DNA of 43,891 nucleotides from Luminiphilus sp. (GTDB lineage Bacteria; Pseudomonadota; Gammaproteobacteria; Pseudomonadales; Halieaceae), in assembly GCA_038151055.1 (NCBI GenBank), contig JAYOUT010000001.1, positions 34,193 through 78,083 on the forward strand, in the 5' to 3' direction. Position numbers and translations under genes: made by a program. The notes below the pieces were generated by a model, which was given only the letters and a program-made list of their open reading frames with translations, was not told where the DNA came from and did no database searches. Positions 42,437 through 43,891 of the stretch are shown here, in pieces. How positions within the stretch are numbered: position 1 is the first letter of the stretch; the number at the start of each line of letters is the position of its first letter.

Positions 42437-43011
42437 ACCTGCTCACTCAGACCGTAGCGCAGCCTATTCGACGACGTCTGATTCAACTGCTCCTTTGTTT
42501 TACCTCAGCGTTGCTGGGGTGTGCGACACCGCCGGCGAGCGACAATCCTGACCTCGCATCCTTACCTCTACCCCCAATGAACCTCGACCGTTGGCAGGCT
42601 TCAGGCAAGGCATCATTTGCCTTAAACGATGAAACCGAGACGGCGCGGTTTGTATGGCAGCGGACGGCGGCAGATACGGAAACCATCACGCTAAAAGGCC
42701 CTTTTTCGCTGAATGCTGTGACGTTGGTGCGCCGAGATAGAGAGCTTTGGTGGCAACAGGAAGGCGAACAGAGGTCCCTGTCGGACCTAGAGGGAGCACC
42801 TGCTGTAACCACGGCACTGACGTCACTACCCCACGACGCCTTGGGTACTTGGCTATTGGGATACCCGCCTCAGGAAAACAGCTGGCAGGTGACCGTCAGC
42901 GAGTGGCAGCAGGTGCCCCCCTGGCGCGCTCCCGCTAGGGTTACAATTAAGAGCGCTGGTATTGAAATCAAGGTCATCATTTCGCGATGGGAACTCAACC
43001 CGGCAACGTGA
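42433..43011 (+). CDS. lolB: Outer membrane lipoprotein receptor LolB
   Basis: Lipobox LLGC, W...GK, F.WQ, LP...L..WLLG.P, IK..I..W; upstream of ispE. Confidence 0.8.
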   Translation: MNLLTQTVAQPIRRRLIQLLLCFTSALLGCATPPASDNPDLASLPLPPMNLDRWQASGKASFALNDETETARFVWQRTAADTETITLKGPFSLNAVTLVRRDRELWWQQEGEQRSLSDLEGAPAVTTALTSLPHDALGTWLLGYPPQENSWQVTVSEWQQVPPWRAPARVTIKSAGIEIKVIISRWELNPAT

Positions 43012-43838
43012 CTGCCCTGCAGGCCCTGTCTCCGGCCAAAATCAATCTTTTTCTGCACGTGACAGGCCGGCGCGCGGACGGCTATCACTCGCTACAAACG
43101 GTTTTCCAGTTGCTCGATTGGGGAGACGACATGCGCTTTGAGCACCGCGACCAACCGGGCATCACGCTGTCAGGCGACACTGACGATATTCCGCGAGCAG
43201 ACAACCTGATCATCAAAGCCGCCGAAGCACTGAATCACGATGAACACGGGGCTCATATCCATATCCGCAAACGACTGCCTCGCGGCGGCGGATTGGGCGG
43301 TGGGAGCTCTAATGCAGCCACGACCTTATTGGCTCTCAATCGGCTGTGGCAATTGGGGCTACCGCAGAGCACTCTGCTAGAGATCGCTGAGCCCCTTGGG
43401 GCCGACGTGCCAGTTTTCGTGCTGGGCCAGAATGCCTGGGCAGAGGGCACTGGAGAGGTGCTCACACCACTCACATTACCCAAGCGCTGGTACGTTATTG
43501 TGCAGCCGGAATGCGAGGTGAGTACTGCCGAAATCTTCGCCCAACCTGAATTGACACGCCACACCGTGCCCATTACAGTGCAGGCCTTTTTTTCAGGGGC
43601 CGGAAGTAACGACCTGCAGGCCGTTGTGTTATCCCGATACCCCGAGGTCAAACAGGCTTGGGAATGGCTGTATCAACAGTCCCCTACGGCGTGTATGACA
43701 GGAAGCGGCGCCTGTCTTTTTGCTGCTCTGGAGACCAGAGAAGAGGCGGAGCACATTGCAGCGATTGCCCCGGAGGGGCTAAAGGTCGATGTCGCGGCGG
43801 GGTTAGACAAACTCCCCCCGATGCAGGAAGTCGCGTAA
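43008..43838 (+). CDS. ispE: 4-diphosphocytidyl-2-C-methyl-D-erythritol kinase
   Basis: SPAKINLFL, YHSLQT, GGGLGGGSSNAA, GADVP, MTGSG. GTG 43008 overlaps the lolB stop. Confidence 0.97.
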   Translation: MTALQALSPAKINLFLHVTGRRADGYHSLQTVFQLLDWGDDMRFEHRDQPGITLSGDTDDIPRADNLIIKAAEALNHDEHGAHIHIRKRLPRGGGLGGGSSNAATTLLALNRLWQLGLPQSTLLEIAEPLGADVPVFVLGQNAWAEGTGEVLTPLTLPKRWYVIVQPECEVSTAEIFAQPELTRHTVPITVQAFFSGAGSNDLQAVVLSRYPEVKQAWEWLYQQSPTACMTGSGACLFAALETREEAEHIAAIAPEGLKVDVAAGLDKLPPMQEVA

Positions 43839-43848
43839 ACAGTTTGAT

Positions 43849-43891
43849 TGGGGCGTCGCCAAGTGGCAAGGCAGCGGGTTTTGATCCCGCC
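43849..43891 (+). tRNA. tRNA-Gln(TTG), 5' part (truncated by window end)
   Basis: TGGGGCG acceptor strand, D-arm GCCAAGTGGCAAGGC, anticodon arm GCGGG-TTTTGAT-CCCGC; usual position after ispE. Confidence 0.92.

Overview
A compact, GC-rich core-chromosome segment from a gammaproteobacterium. Gene order follows the Pseudomonas-type block; an OM60/NOR5-like Cellvibrionales source is only my inference. Order: partial sspA; a fused cytochrome b/c1 gene and Rieske petA; an SMR exporter; rpsI-rplM; zapE/yhcB; Nif3 and degS/algW; hisD-hisG-murA-ibaG-mlaC; yrbG-kdsDC-lptCAB-rpoN-hpf-ptsN-rapZ-npr-mgtE; yjgA; yhdP-maf-mreDCB; gatCAB; smrA; cysZ; rhlB; a MATE transporter; moeB-prmC-prfA-hemA; TPR lipoprotein-lolB-ispE; partial tRNA-Gln. 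I saw no mobile elements, CRISPR arrays or defence genes, and I cannot support a claim of a wholly new multi-gene system. The best leads are: (1) a candidate ~150-nt multi-stem ncRNA with its own putative promoter between zapE and yhcB; (2) the cytochrome b-c1 polyprotein with an internal signal peptide; (3) an apparent ATC start for mreC, in frame with mreB; (4) a reverse-oriented sigma54 site upstream of rpoN; (5) several gaps in a conserved gene order (mlaFED/B, hisC, rng, nitrilase-tldD-pmbA, murI). All calls come from motif recognition and synteny by eye; no searches were run.
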